The notes beneath the pieces were generated by a model, which saw only the letters and a program-made list of their open reading frames with translations, was not told where the DNA came from and ran no database searches. Below, one piece after another: positions 54,374 to 64,000 of a stretch of DNA of 64,000 nt. Source of the stretch: an uncultured Candidatus Saccharibacteria bacterium (GTDB lineage Bacteria; Patescibacteriota; Minisyncoccia; Phycocordibacterales; UBA5272); NCBI GenBank assembly GCA_964577675.1, contig CAZNZQ010000003.1, positions 3,330 through 67,329 of the forward strand. Reading direction: 5' to 3'. Position numbers and translations under genes: made by a program. Positions within the stretch are counted from its first letter, which is position 1. Every line of letters begins with the position of its first letter.

Positions 54374-56639
54374 AACAAGAGGGTTCCTTCTTGTCGAGGT
54401 GCTTTTATCAACGGCACTTTTTGTACTCCTTATCACGGCCTTCTCCGGTGTTTTTTATTATGGTATTGAATCGTCTCACTTCTCAGGTAATAGGTCGCGA
54501 GCTGTAATGTATGCGGAGGAGGGGCAGGAGGCGCTCCGCAATATCAAGAATGCTAACTTCAACAACTTAACAGCTGGTACGTACGGTCTTTCATATGCTA
54601 GCGGTACGTGGAGTTTGATACCAGGACAAGACACAATGGACGGGTATACGCGTACAGTATCTATCACAAATGTTGGGGCACATAGAAAAGACACACTTGT
54701 GACAGTCTCTTGGCAACAGACACCATCTCGTACTGTGACTGTAGCTCTTTCAGGTCGTGTTACTAACTGGAAGACCATACTGAACCCAGGACTTGGGATA
54801 ACTGTTAACAAAGTTCTCATTAATAGGGGTTTAACTCTAACAACAAGCAGCTTCGCACCTTATCGTGTAGGGACAACGACTATCACCCTCGCGTCGTCAA
54901 CTATGTTTCCGCCAGGTACGTACAACGTCACAGAGACGGCAGACGCTAGGTATAACCAGACATTCAGTGGTGACTGTAATGCCTCAGGCCAGATAGTTGT
55001 TACAGCTACGGGAAGTGCTCTTGTGTGTACTATCACTAACGAAGAAAAGCAGGCGTATGTGACAGTTAATAAAACTGTTATTAACCACGGAGGAGTAAAG
55101 ACGAGTGCTAATTTTGCTCCATACCGTGTTGGGTCAACAACAGTTACTCTCGGAAGTCCGACACCTGTAAACTCTGGGTCCTATACGATAACGGAACAGT
55201 ATGACCCAACGTATAACCTTACCTATAGCGGAGACTGTTTTACCAATGGGTCGATTACTATTTTTTCTGGAGATAGCAAAATATGTAACCTAACAAATGA
55301 GCAGATAATAGTTGGCGGAGGACTAGATATAGCGAATGTGCTTATTTATGGTGATGGAAGTAATGTCCCTAAGTACAGAAGTTATAACAAAGTGACAGAC
55401 CTACTCTCTGCAGAGACGGGGACATTCGTAGCAACTGTTGGCCCTACGTGGATTGTTCGTACTGCTCCTAATAGACACATTGCTTTTGCTGGATACTATG
55501 ATTCGACAGGGACGCTTACTATTATGTGTTTTGATGGGAGTAACTGGAATGAAGAGTTTAGAGCTCCGTCAGGTGGAATAGGCAATCGTCATAGATTCGA
55601 TATTGCATATGAAGAGGCAACAGGGGACGCCCTTGTAGTCTACAGTAAAGGGGAGCATGTCTTTAGTCAGTTGGGCTATAGGACGAAACCTGGCGCAGAG
55701 GGATGTGGTGCTTCCGCCTGGTCAGGCGAAAGCCTCTTTGACCCAGCGAGAACTGCGAATGACATAATGTATGTAAAGTTGGCATCGGATAAACGTGCGA
55801 GCTCTAACATCATTGCTATGTCTTGGATAGATACAAGCGATGATATATCAGCGGCTATATGGAATGGAAGCGCTTTTGTTAACGAACCGATCGCAGTTAC
55901 TGACAATAACGTCGAGAGGATATCAGCTTCGCACGATGTAGAAAACTTTGATCTAGAGTATGAATCTCTTTCAGGGAACCTAATGCTTGTATGGGGTAAT
56001 GGGAATGGTTCAAACGGTACAAATGGTGTGAGATATAGAAGATGTACAGGCGGAGTGGCGGCTTGTACGTGGGGGTCAGTTACGACACCTCCAACCTTTT
56101 CAGATGACGCTACAAACCTCGACATATCAGCAAACCCAAATACAAATGAAATGGTTTTTGCGTCGATCGGTAACGCCGGCGGAGATCTCCAGATTGGTTA
56201 CTGGAGTGGTACAGCTTGGACCAATACCGCTAATGTCGATACTTCTTGTAACGTGCCATTCACCGGGTCTAAGCTTGTTGCTGTTGGATGGTTAATAGGA
56301 GCTTCTAGTACAAGGTCTGTGGTTGTCTACTCTGACCTTAACTCACGGAATATCAACTGGTATTTAGGTAACGGAGGAACTTTTACCAGACAATCTGACT
56401 TTGTACCTACTCCACTTATGGCGACTGGTCGTGGGTATATGGACATACAAATGAGTCCTATTGACAAGAACATGCTTATGTTTGGAACTTCAGATAGTGT
56501 TAATGATTTGCACGTTAAGCGCTTAACTCTGACAAGTGGTGGGGTATTCCAGTGGAGTAATCCTCTCACCGCCGCAGTAGAGACGACATTGCCTCAGATA
56601 ATCTCTTCTCCTTTTTCTTTTGCATGGTGGCGCCGATAA
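54336..56639 (+). CDS. large pilin-adhesin: prepilin motif, two Ig-like repeats and a beta-rich domain
   Basis: RGFLLVEVLL; two TVNK...C..TNE repeats. Confidence 0.8.
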   Translation: MLLSIKKEWSTIKTRGFLLVEVLLSTALFVLLITAFSGVFYYGIESSHFSGNRSRAVMYAEEGQEALRNIKNANFNNLTAGTYGLSYASGTWSLIPGQDTMDGYTRTVSITNVGAHRKDTLVTVSWQQTPSRTVTVALSGRVTNWKTILNPGLGITVNKVLINRGLTLTTSSFAPYRVGTTTITLASSTMFPPGTYNVTETADARYNQTFSGDCNASGQIVVTATGSALVCTITNEEKQAYVTVNKTVINHGGVKTSANFAPYRVGSTTVTLGSPTPVNSGSYTITEQYDPTYNLTYSGDCFTNGSITIFSGDSKICNLTNEQIIVGGGLDIANVLIYGDGSNVPKYRSYNKVTDLLSAETGTFVATVGPTWIVRTAPNRHIAFAGYYDSTGTLTIMCFDGSNWNEEFRAPSGGIGNRHRFDIAYEEATGDALVVYSKGEHVFSQLGYRTKPGAEGCGASAWSGESLFDPARTANDIMYVKLASDKRASSNIIAMSWIDTSDDISAAIWNGSAFVNEPIAVTDNNVERISASHDVENFDLEYESLSGNLMLVWGNGNGSNGTNGVRYRRCTGGVAACTWGSVTTPPTFSDDATNLDISANPNTNEMVFASIGNAGGDLQIGYWSGTAWTNTANVDTSCNVPFTGSKLVAVGWLIGASSTRSVVVYSDLNSRNINWYLGNGGTFTRQSDFVPTPLMATGRGYMDIQMSPIDKNMLMFGTSDSVNDLHVKRLTLTSGGVFQWSNPLTAAVETTLPQIISSPFSFAWWRR

Positions 56640-57148
56640 AAAAAACAAACAACAAAGGATTTACTCTCATAGAGATGATACTGTATGTAGCTATTTGCTC
56701 GGTGCTACTATTTTCTTTATCTGCTATGTTTTCGTACCTTCTCTCATCTCGAGTGAAGAGTCAAGCAATAACAGAGGTAAATCAGCAAGGATTCTTCGCT
56801 ATGCACCTTATTACTTCAACGATTAGAAATGCAAAGAGTATAGATATTCCAACTATGAGCAATAGCAGTAGCTCGTTATCAGTGACAGCTCAATCTCCAC
56901 TTGTTAGTCCTACGGTATTTACTACTAGTAGCTCAACATTATTTATTCGTGAGGCGAGCGGTGCAAATGTGCCTCTTACTAGTTCACGCATTTCTGTAAG
57001 TTCTCTGTTGTTCGAGAATGTCTCATCAGCAAGTTCCACGGATAGAATTATTCGTATCAGGTATACACTTTCGTATCGATCTGGTAGTCCGCGTCAGGAA
57101 TACGCTTACTCAAAAACTTTTACAGGCAGTGCTACACTAAGACAATAA
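56624..57148 (+). CDS. minor pilin (PilW-like)
   Basis: KGFTLIEMILY. Confidence 0.88.
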   Translation: MVAPIKKTNNKGFTLIEMILYVAICSVLLFSLSAMFSYLLSSRVKSQAITEVNQQGFFAMHLITSTIRNAKSIDIPTMSNSSSSLSVTAQSPLVSPTVFTTSSSTLFIREASGANVPLTSSRISVSSLLFENVSSASSTDRIIRIRYTLSYRSGSPRQEYAYSKTFTGSATLRQ

Positions 57149-57154
57149 ATAAAG

Positions 57155-57559
57155 ATGAAGAGTTTTATTACTAAACACAATAAGGGGTATATAGCACTGA
57201 TCTCTGTTATCTTGATGGGCGCTCTCGGAGCTGCGGTTATGGTTTCAGTCATTGCGCAAGGTGTAACAAGTGGTAAAACAGAGCTCAGTCTTCAGCGGGC
57301 AGGGCAAGCTAGAGTCTTGGCAACTTCGTGTGTTGAGGAGGCTCTTCAGATAATTCTTGAGACTGCAACAACCTCGAGAACAGCCTCTCTTATACTTGGG
57401 GATGGAAGCTGTGCATATGTTATAACCAAGCCTGCTTCCTCAGTAATCATTAACTCTACGGGGAATTACGGCACCTTAGTAAAGCGTGTTCAGGTAGTAC
57501 TCTCGACAAGCTCCCCATCCATTGTGTTATCCTCATGGCAAGATGTTTCTGACTTTTAA
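57155..57559 (+). CDS. minor pilin (PilX-like, no Glu5)
   Basis: KGYIALISVIL; A..LA.SC.EEAL. Confidence 0.8.
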   Translation: MKSFITKHNKGYIALISVILMGALGAAVMVSVIAQGVTSGKTELSLQRAGQARVLATSCVEEALQIILETATTSRTASLILGDGSCAYVITKPASSVIINSTGNYGTLVKRVQVVLSTSSPSIVLSSWQDVSDF

Positions 57560-57691
57560 TTAAAAAAAGTCTGATATACTCTTTAGTATAGGTTTCTAAA
57601 GGATTTTCCTGTAATTTTTAAGTAGCTTAAAAATCCTGACTATTATTAATAAAAATAAAAAGAGTACTATTCTAAGTATTCATTCATACAT

Positions 57692-58141
57692 ATGAAAACA
57701 CTACTTCGTAGTCAGAAAGGGTTTACACTCATTGAAATCCTTCTCGTGGTTGCAGCTATTGCGATCCTAGCTGGTATTGTAATCGTTGCTATCAACCCTG
57801 CTAAGCAGCTCGGGGATACTCGTAATGCAGAGCGTAAGTCTGCTGTTAACACTATCCTTAATGCGGTAACTCAGTATGCGGTAGATAACAACGGTGTGCT
57901 TCCAACTGGTGTTGGAACAACAACTGTTGAAATCTGTGCCACTGGAGCTCCTTCATGTGCAGGTTTTGCTGATCTTACAGTTCTCACCACCAACGGTAGA
58001 TACTTGGTAAGCATCCCTAACGAGCCGCAGAAGGTTAACGCTAACGGAGCAGGATACCAGATCGTTCGTGATGTGAACGGTCGTATTACTGTATCTGCTC
58101 AGTACCCAGAACAGGGGGCTACTATTTCGGTTACACGCTAA
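57692..58141 (+). CDS. probable major type IV pilin
   Basis: KGFTLIEILLVVAAIAILAGIVIVAINP..Q...RN..R; own AT-rich upstream region. Confidence 0.9.
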   Translation: MKTLLRSQKGFTLIEILLVVAAIAILAGIVIVAINPAKQLGDTRNAERKSAVNTILNAVTQYAVDNNGVLPTGVGTTTVEICATGAPSCAGFADLTVLTTNGRYLVSIPNEPQKVNANGAGYQIVRDVNGRITVSAQYPEQGATISVTR

Positions 58142-58147
58142 TGCCGT

Positions 58148-58918
58148 ATGTTCAGCTGGTTTGAGCGCGTTCTTTACCCTTCATCTAGGTCTAGTCAAAG
58201 TGACTTTGCGTCAATTACCTCTCACGAGTTAAGGACGCCACTTTCGATTGTTAAGTGGTATACAGAAATTCTTCTTGATGAAGATATGGGGCCACTTAAT
58301 GAAGATCAGAAAAAGTATTTACGTGTTATCGAATCCAGTAACGAACGAGCGATCGCGCTAGTAACAGCACTACTAAACGTCTCTCGCCTTGAGCTAGACA
58401 CGTTTAGTGTTTCTCCGGAACCTCTTCTCTTCACTTCGGTGCTTGAAGAGGTTCTCAAGAAGCAAGAAACGAGAATTTTAGAAAAAAAGGTAACCCTTTC
58501 CAAAGAAGTCTCAGGTGATGCATATACTATTCCTTTAGATAAAGGGATAGTGACGCTTATCATACGAAGTATTTTAGAAAACGCAGTTTCCTTTTCAAAA
58601 GAAGGAGGTAAGATAGACATATCTGTTTCTTTTAGTCCATCTTTGCTTACGTATACCGTCAAAGATAATGGTATCGGCATTAAGGCAACTGAGCAGGAAA
58701 AAGTTTTTACTAAGATGTTCAGAGGAAGTAACGTTCAAGATGAGGTGAAAGGGTCTGGGCTTAGCTTATACACAGCTAAGACACTTCTATCTAAAGTTGG
58801 GGGGACCATGTTCTTCAGTTCAAAAGAAGGAGAAGGGTCAACGTTCACTGCTAATTTACCAGCAACTGGTATGAGAAAAAGACGAGGATCGACCAAGTTA
58901 GAAGCGGGACTCTCTTAA
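58148..58918 (+). CDS. sensor-less histidine kinase (HisKA + HATPase_c)
   Basis: SHELRTPL, ENA, DNGIGI, GSGLSL, GSTF. Confidence 0.9.
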   Translation: MFSWFERVLYPSSRSSQSDFASITSHELRTPLSIVKWYTEILLDEDMGPLNEDQKKYLRVIESSNERAIALVTALLNVSRLELDTFSVSPEPLLFTSVLEEVLKKQETRILEKKVTLSKEVSGDAYTIPLDKGIVTLIIRSILENAVSFSKEGGKIDISVSFSPSLLTYTVKDNGIGIKATEQEKVFTKMFRGSNVQDEVKGSGLSLYTAKTLLSKVGGTMFFSSKEGEGSTFTANLPATGMRKRRGSTKLEAGLS

Positions 58919-58921
58919 AAA

Positions 58922-60436
58922 TTAAACTCCCTTTATTATCTGTATATCAGCACCGATGCTATTCAAGCGTTCTGCGATATCAGCGTAGCCTCGCTTAATA
59001 GAGTAGACGTTTCGCAAAAGAGATTCTCCTTCTGCTGCCAGCATGGCAATAAGAATAATCGCTGCTGGGCGAAGAGCTGGAGGTGAGACGATCTGAGTGC
59101 CGCGAAGCGTTTTAACCCCAGTGACGAGGGCTCTATGTGGATCAAGTAGCTTAATATCTGCACCCAACCTATTAAGCTCAGTGAAGTAAATAGCTCGGTT
59201 TTCCCATGTCCAGTCGTGGATGAGTGTTTGTCCTTCCGCAAAACATGTTATCGGCACGAAAAAAGGAAGGTTGTCATTGTTAATTCCTGGGAATGGCTGT
59301 GTATGAATTTTGTCGTGCGGAGCAGTGAGTGAAGAAGGGGAGATGGTGATATCTACAAGCCTGGTCCTCTCATTCTTAGCGTAATATTCTTTGCTTTTTT
59401 TAAACCGGAGCCCTATGCGCTTTAGCTTCTCAAGTTCTAGTGTCAAAAACTCTATAGGGCAACGCTTGATGCTGAGGGTGGATTTTGTAACCACGCCTGC
59501 CGCAATAAAGAACATGCTCTCAATAGGGTCTTCTGAGTTATAGTGCTCAATATTAGTGGCGATATCGGCTACACCGTGTACGGTGAGAGTAGTTGTTCCG
59601 ATACCCTCTATTTTCACTCCCATTTTTTCTAGCAAAAAACATACGTCCTGGACCTGGTAGTTAGGTGGGGCGAATTGAATTATTGTTTTACCTGGAATTT
59701 TGGCAGCAGCAATGAGAGCGGTAATTGCCCCTGTGTCAGAAGACTCATAGAGGGGGATAGTTCCAGGGTGTAGTTTTTTGTGTGAGATGACATAGTGATC
59801 ACTCTTTGTTTCAATTGATACACCTAGGTATTCAAGTGCATACTTGTGAGATGCGACAGTTCTTTCTCCCATCTTACAGCCGCCAGAGTGTGGCAGATGA
59901 AATGTTTCTGCATAGTGTATGAAAGCCCCTGCGAACGTAAATGAGCGGATTCTCTCAGCAACGCCTTTATTCATCTTAGAAAGTAAAAATTTCTTCGGTG
60001 GGGTGATTTCGAGCGCAGTATCACTGTGCGCCCATTTGATAGTAACACCCACACTCTCTAGTAACTCTTTATACCTATGTACTTCTTCGATGTGGGGGAT
60101 ATCTCGTAGGGTTGTGGTGCCACGGTTAACGAGAGCTGCTACCATCATGTTGACCGCACCATTTTTGGACGGGTTAGTTACAATCTCTCCGTGCAGTTTT
60201 TTACCCCCTTTTACCTTAAAGTCTATAGTGTCTTGGATGGAGACAATATTATGGTTGAGGACCCCGCTCATTTTCATGAGTTGATCAATGGTGACGTTTT
60301 GATTCCCAGACTCAATACGAGCGACAGCAGACTGTGATGTTTTGAGACGTTTAGCGAATTCACCCTGAGTAATCCCTTTTTCTTCTCGAAGTTTTTTAAT
60401 AAAAAGCCCTATTTTTTCTTGATCAGATGATGGCAT
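58922..60436 (-). CDS. murA: UDP-N-acetylglucosamine 1-carboxyvinyltransferase with N-terminal XRE HTH
   Basis: LREEKGITQGEFA..L.TSQSAVARIESG HTH; SKN, GGCKMGER, FPG..D, ENR, RGY. Confidence 0.93.
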   Translation of the reverse strand: MPSSDQEKIGLFIKKLREEKGITQGEFAKRLKTSQSAVARIESGNQNVTIDQLMKMSGVLNHNIVSIQDTIDFKVKGGKKLHGEIVTNPSKNGAVNMMVAALVNRGTTTLRDIPHIEEVHRYKELLESVGVTIKWAHSDTALEITPPKKFLLSKMNKGVAERIRSFTFAGAFIHYAETFHLPHSGGCKMGERTVASHKYALEYLGVSIETKSDHYVISHKKLHPGTIPLYESSDTGAITALIAAAKIPGKTIIQFAPPNYQVQDVCFLLEKMGVKIEGIGTTTLTVHGVADIATNIEHYNSEDPIESMFFIAAGVVTKSTLSIKRCPIEFLTLELEKLKRIGLRFKKSKEYYAKNERTRLVDITISPSSLTAPHDKIHTQPFPGINNDNLPFFVPITCFAEGQTLIHDWTWENRAIYFTELNRLGADIKLLDPHRALVTGVKTLRGTQIVSPPALRPAAIILIAMLAAEGESLLRNVYSIKRGYADIAERLNSIGADIQIIKGV

Positions 60437-60445
60437 ATGAATGGC

Positions 60446-60465
60446 AGTATATCATATATGATATA
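60446..60465 (-). promoter_or_regulatory. extended -10 (TGaTATACT) overlapped by perfect 18-bp palindrome TATATCATATATGATATA
   Basis: palindrome 60448-60465, 11 bp upstream of murA start. Confidence 0.6.
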
Positions 60466-60500
60466 TTCTTTGACAAGAGATAAGTCGTAGCTCATATTAT

Positions 60501-61148
60501 TTATTTTTTGATAACCAAGAATATGATCCAAGAAGCAAGGACGAAAAGAAAAACAGTCCCAAGATAAGAGATGATAGTCATGCCTAAGAAGTATGTAACC
60601 ATCCCCCAAAATGATGACCAGAGCACTGTGGCAATAGTGGAGTAGAGCAGGAAGTGTGAAAAGGGTGTACGCAGTATTCCTGCACTAGTAGCGACCAGGG
60701 TGCCAAGGTTAGGCTGCCAGTAGGAAAAGAAAATACTTTTGCACAGATGTTTTTCTACCCCAGGTTTCACTTCTTCTAAAGCTCCCTTTAGTCCAAAACG
60801 AGTAAAAAGTCTGTACCATCCGAATCTTCCCAAGAAGTAGTTGATGGTATACGCTAACAAGAATCCAAGAATCGTAGCTCCTACAGAATATACAGCAAGC
60901 AATGCATTGTTAGCGGAAAGGATAACACCCAAAAAAACAACAAGCCCGCCAGGAAGATACCATCCTACAACTAGTAACCCTTCGATCAGCGCCGCAAGGA
61001 AAACCGTAATGACGCCATACTCTAGGTAATATGTTCTTATTGTTTCGATTAACTTTTGCTCTTCAAATGTCGGGAATAGTTGCCTTAGCAATAAAAGGAA
61101 GCAGAAGACTCCAAGAATGATAAGTGGGAGCTGTATCCTTTTAAGCAT
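60501..61148 (-). CDS. DedA/VTT family membrane protein
   Basis: IEG....LPG, NYFLGR, AG....F..F. Confidence 0.82.
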   Translation of the reverse strand: MLKRIQLPLIILGVFCFLLLLRQLFPTFEEQKLIETIRTYYLEYGVITVFLAALIEGLLVVGWYLPGGLVVFLGVILSANNALLAVYSVGATILGFLLAYTINYFLGRFGWYRLFTRFGLKGALEEVKPGVEKHLCKSIFFSYWQPNLGTLVATSAGILRTPFSHFLLYSTIATVLWSSFWGMVTYFLGMTIISYLGTVFLFVLASWIIFLVIKK

Positions 61149-61159
61149 ACTGTGTATAG

Positions 61160-62425
61160 TTATCTCACCATGCTTTCGATGACGAATAGTGAGATGACGG
61201 CCATGACAAAGGTTGTAATACCGACTAAGATATTACTCATCCTTCCATTTACTTTGTCTCCCATCACTCGTCTGTTATTAGCTATAAAGAGAATAATAAA
61301 AAGAATAGGGGCAGCCAGGAGTCCATTAGCAGCAGCTGAGTAGTAGAGCATATGTATAGGATCTATATCTATGAAATTAAGGATGACTCCTACAAGCATT
61401 GAGATAATAAGGACGGCATAGAACCCAGTTGCCTGCATGAATGTTTTACCAAGACCTACCTTCATATCAAAAGTTTCACCAATAGCATAAGCAAAAGACC
61501 CGGCAAGTATAGGGACCGCAAGAAGGCCTGTACCAATAATTCCATAAGCAAAGAGGTGTACTGCGTAGTCTCCAGCAAAAGGGCGGAGTGCCTCAGCCAG
61601 CTGAGCCGCTGTAGCTATTTCTCCTGTGTTAGTAGCATGGAGTGTTCCGGCTGCGGTTATCATGATAAAGAAGGCAACCAGGTTAGAAAGTGTCATTCCG
61701 ATCACTGTGTCTACTTTCATTTGCTCAATATCTTGTTTTGTTACTTTTGGTCGCCCTTTTCCAAAACCTAGAAGTCTCCCTTTTTCTATTTCTTCTTCTA
61801 CTTCCTCGTCAGCTTGCCAGAAGAAAAGGTAAGGGGAGATGGTGGTCCCCAAGAATGCCATCATGTTAAAAAGAAACTGCTCGTTCCAGATAATTTGAGG
61901 GATGAGGAGTGATTTAAATATGAGTAGCCAGTCATAGTTGATGAAAAATGCAGTGATGACATAAGCAAAAACAGTGAGTGCGAGATACTTGAGAATGCGG
62001 GCGTAGAGTGGGTAAGGGATGAGAATAGCTGTAATGAGGCTAAACGCGGTAATACAAATGAGTGCTACACCTGTTGAGACTGGTAGTATCATGTGTGCAG
62101 CCTGCCCCATTGCCCCAAGGTCCGCACCTATATTAATGATATTGGCTACACCGAGAAGAAGGACAGCGATAAAAAGAACTGGTTTAGAGTAATGAGACTT
62201 GATGATGCCGGCGAGACCTCTTCCTGTCGTCATTCCTATACGAGCGCACATTTCTTGTACTGCGATCATGAAAGGCAAGGTATATAGTGCTAACCATAGT
62301 TGTGTAAGGCCGAATATGGCACCAGTTTGGCCGTATGTTGCGATACCGGAAGGATCGTCATCTGCAACGCCCGTTATAACGCCTGGTCCGATAGACTTTT
62401 TGAGACGGTTCCAGGTGAATTTCAT
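61160..62425 (-). CDS. NRAMP-family divalent metal transporter
   Basis: GPG.ITG.ADDDPSGIATY, QEMCARIG..TGRG, GTTISPYLFFWQ; start set at MKFTW. Confidence 0.92.
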   Translation of the reverse strand: MKFTWNRLKKSIGPGVITGVADDDPSGIATYGQTGAIFGLTQLWLALYTLPFMIAVQEMCARIGMTTGRGLAGIIKSHYSKPVLFIAVLLLGVANIINIGADLGAMGQAAHMILPVSTGVALICITAFSLITAILIPYPLYARILKYLALTVFAYVITAFFINYDWLLIFKSLLIPQIIWNEQFLFNMMAFLGTTISPYLFFWQADEEVEEEIEKGRLLGFGKGRPKVTKQDIEQMKVDTVIGMTLSNLVAFFIMITAAGTLHATNTGEIATAAQLAEALRPFAGDYAVHLFAYGIIGTGLLAVPILAGSFAYAIGETFDMKVGLGKTFMQATGFYAVLIISMLVGVILNFIDIDPIHMLYYSAAANGLLAAPILFIILFIANNRRVMGDKVNGRMSNILVGITTFVMAVISLFVIESMVR

Positions 62426-62486
62426 GACGTTAGTATAGTACAGCTTTTGGCTGTTGACCATCAGCTTTTGGCGGTATACTTTTGTC

Positions 62487-62813
62487 ATGGCAAAAACCAC
62501 CCCGTTTCTTGAGTACGTGCTTTACGACCTCTTCGGTGAGAATGAACCAATCACTTGGCGAGCCATGATGGGTGCACGGTTGCTTTATTACGAAGGTAAA
62601 CCATTCGCAATAGTTGAACAAGATGAACTGTACTTTAAGGGCTCAAAAGAAACGAAGGATTGGTATCTAGAAAGAGGAGGGAGGCAATTTACGTATAAAA
62701 AGAAAGGGGAGGATGCGTGCCTTTACTACTTTTTCGTACCGGAAGATGTGTGTGAGGACAGAGACGTTTTTGCTGAATGGAAAGAAAAAGTATTAGATAT
62801 CGCAGGTGTCTAA
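62487..62813 (+). CDS. TfoX/Sxy N-terminal domain protein
   Basis: RAMMG...Y..G..FA......LYFK, F.Y, YF.VP. Confidence 0.82.
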   Translation: MAKTTPFLEYVLYDLFGENEPITWRAMMGARLLYYEGKPFAIVEQDELYFKGSKETKDWYLERGGRQFTYKKKGEDACLYYFFVPEDVCEDRDVFAEWKEKVLDIAGV

Positions 62814-62817
62814 GTTT

Positions 62818-64000
62818 TTAAACTTGGTGGGCAATGAGGTTTTTGTAGACCTCATTACTTTTCACAAGCTCTTCGTGAGTTCCTTCTCCAACAACCTTTC
62901 CTTTATCCATGACAATGATTTTATCCGCGTCACGTACAGTTGATAGTCGATGAGCAATGATGATAGTAGTTTTACCTTTTGAAACGTCGTTGATGGCTTC
63001 CATTACCTTCGCTTCGTTCTCGGTATCTAGTGAGGATGTTGCTTCATCGAAGATAAGGATTTCTGGGTCCTTGATAATAGCTCTCGCAATGCCGACACGT
63101 TGGCGTTCTCCGCCTGATAGTTTAATGCCGCGCTCTCCGACAATGGTATCGAATCTCTCCTCGCCAAGTCGGTTATAGAACTCTGTGATTCTTGAGTGCA
63201 TAGCAACTTCTTCTAACCTGGTCTCCGCAGACTTTCTTTCGTGCTCAGGAACGCCAAGTAGGATATTTTCTTTTATTGTGTCGTCTAGAAGATCAACATG
63301 TTGCTCAACATATCCGATATGCTCACGTAGGTATCTTGCGTCTATGTCCTTAAGTTCTTTTCCTCCGACTAAGATGGATCCTTCACTGTAGTCGTATGCT
63401 CGCAAAAGAAGCTTAACGATTGTCGATTTTCCAGATCCAGACGAGCCAACAAACGCAGTCTTTTTATTCGATTGTATGCTACACGACACATCTTGTAAAA
63501 CCAGCGATTTACTTTGTGGGTAAGAAAAGGAAAGGCCTTTAACAACGATGTCTTCGTTCAAAGACAGATTTTTTATGCCATCCTCACTGAAACTAGGTTC
63601 TTTTTCTATTGCCTCTAAATACTTTTCGGCCTCTAGGTACCAGACAGGCAGGTCCCTCGCTAATGACGAGAAGTTATTGATATTGAAATAAAGCCGCGAG
63701 GTTAAACTAAACACTAAGTAGAGTATGCCAACGGCAAAGTTTCCTTGTAAGTAGAGAATCGCTGCTATGCCCAGTGAAATAAGCTCCGCTGCATCTTGTA
63801 TGTTCGAGCGCTTAAAGACGTGAGAGACACTCAACATTCTTGTTGTGAGGTGATGTTCGACTGCGGCTTCTCTTTTTTCTAAATACTTTTTAATAAAGTA
63901 GTTTTCTCTCCCGAAGAACTTTGCAAGAGTGAGGTGCGTAAAAGATTCAGTCCTCCTCTTGTTTTGTTCCACCCAGTTGTCTCTATTTTGTAGTACGTAC
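62818..64000 (-). CDS. ABC exporter, permease plus ATPase (5'-truncated by window edge)
   Basis: GSSGSGKST, LSGGERQR, IFDEATSSLD, IAHRLST. Confidence 0.92.
   Translation of the reverse strand, partial: YVLQNRDNWVEQNKRRTESFTHLTLAKFFGRENYFIKKYLEKREAAVEHHLTTRMLSVSHVFKRSNIQDAAELISLGIAAILYLQGNFAVGILYLVFSLTSRLYFNINNFSSLARDLPVWYLEAEKYLEAIEKEPSFSEDGIKNLSLNEDIVVKGLSFSYPQSKSLVLQDVSCSIQSNKKTAFVGSSGSGKSTIVKLLLRAYDYSEGSILVGGKELKDIDARYLREHIGYVEQHVDLLDDTIKENILLGVPEHERKSAETRLEEVAMHSRITEFYNRLGEERFDTIVGERGIKLSGGERQRVGIARAIIKDPEILIFDEATSSLDTENEAKVMEAINDVSKGKTTIIIAHRLSTVRDADKIIVMDKGKVVGEGTHEELVKSNEVYKNLIAHQV

Overview
Bacterial chromosomal window. Gene content and style suggest Patescibacteria/CPR (Parcubacteria-like); this is an inference from the stand-alone VirD4-like ATPase, lamin-tail/PKD protein, compact pilin cluster, HTH-MurA fusion and tRNAs lacking an encoded CCA. 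Layout: (1) 0.4-6.7 kb housekeeping and envelope genes (murI, rsmI, DUF4015-like hydrolase, VirD4-like ATPase). (2) 6.7-27.1 kb surface-glycan locus with rmlB, a plant/giant-virus-type NRS/ER epimerase-reductase, an RmlA-glycosyltransferase fusion, many glycosyltransferases, four SAM methyltransferases, a flippase and an O-antigen-ligase-like protein. (3) A 0.5 kb intergenic region with two putative, mutually complementary small RNAs, then tsaD and rlmH. (4) A visibly AT-richer ~20 kb integrative element (29466-49502) bounded by a 12-bp direct repeat between rlmH and tRNA-Glu. It carries a large serine recombinase, a ParB-methylase/TerS/TerL module with no capsid, portal or tail genes, a SIR2-like gene, a LexA-headed HORMA-containing CBASS without TRIP13, a multi-hairpin structured RNA candidate, and an operon encoding a nuclease, GrpE-like, Hsp70, HPD-less J-like and AAA+ proteins. 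(5) tRNA-Glu, tRNA-Val, a type IV pilus operon bracketed by a receiver protein and a sensor-less kinase, HTH-murA, DedA, NRAMP, TfoX-N and a partial ABC transporter. All calls come from motif recognition by eye; no database searches or folding programs were run.
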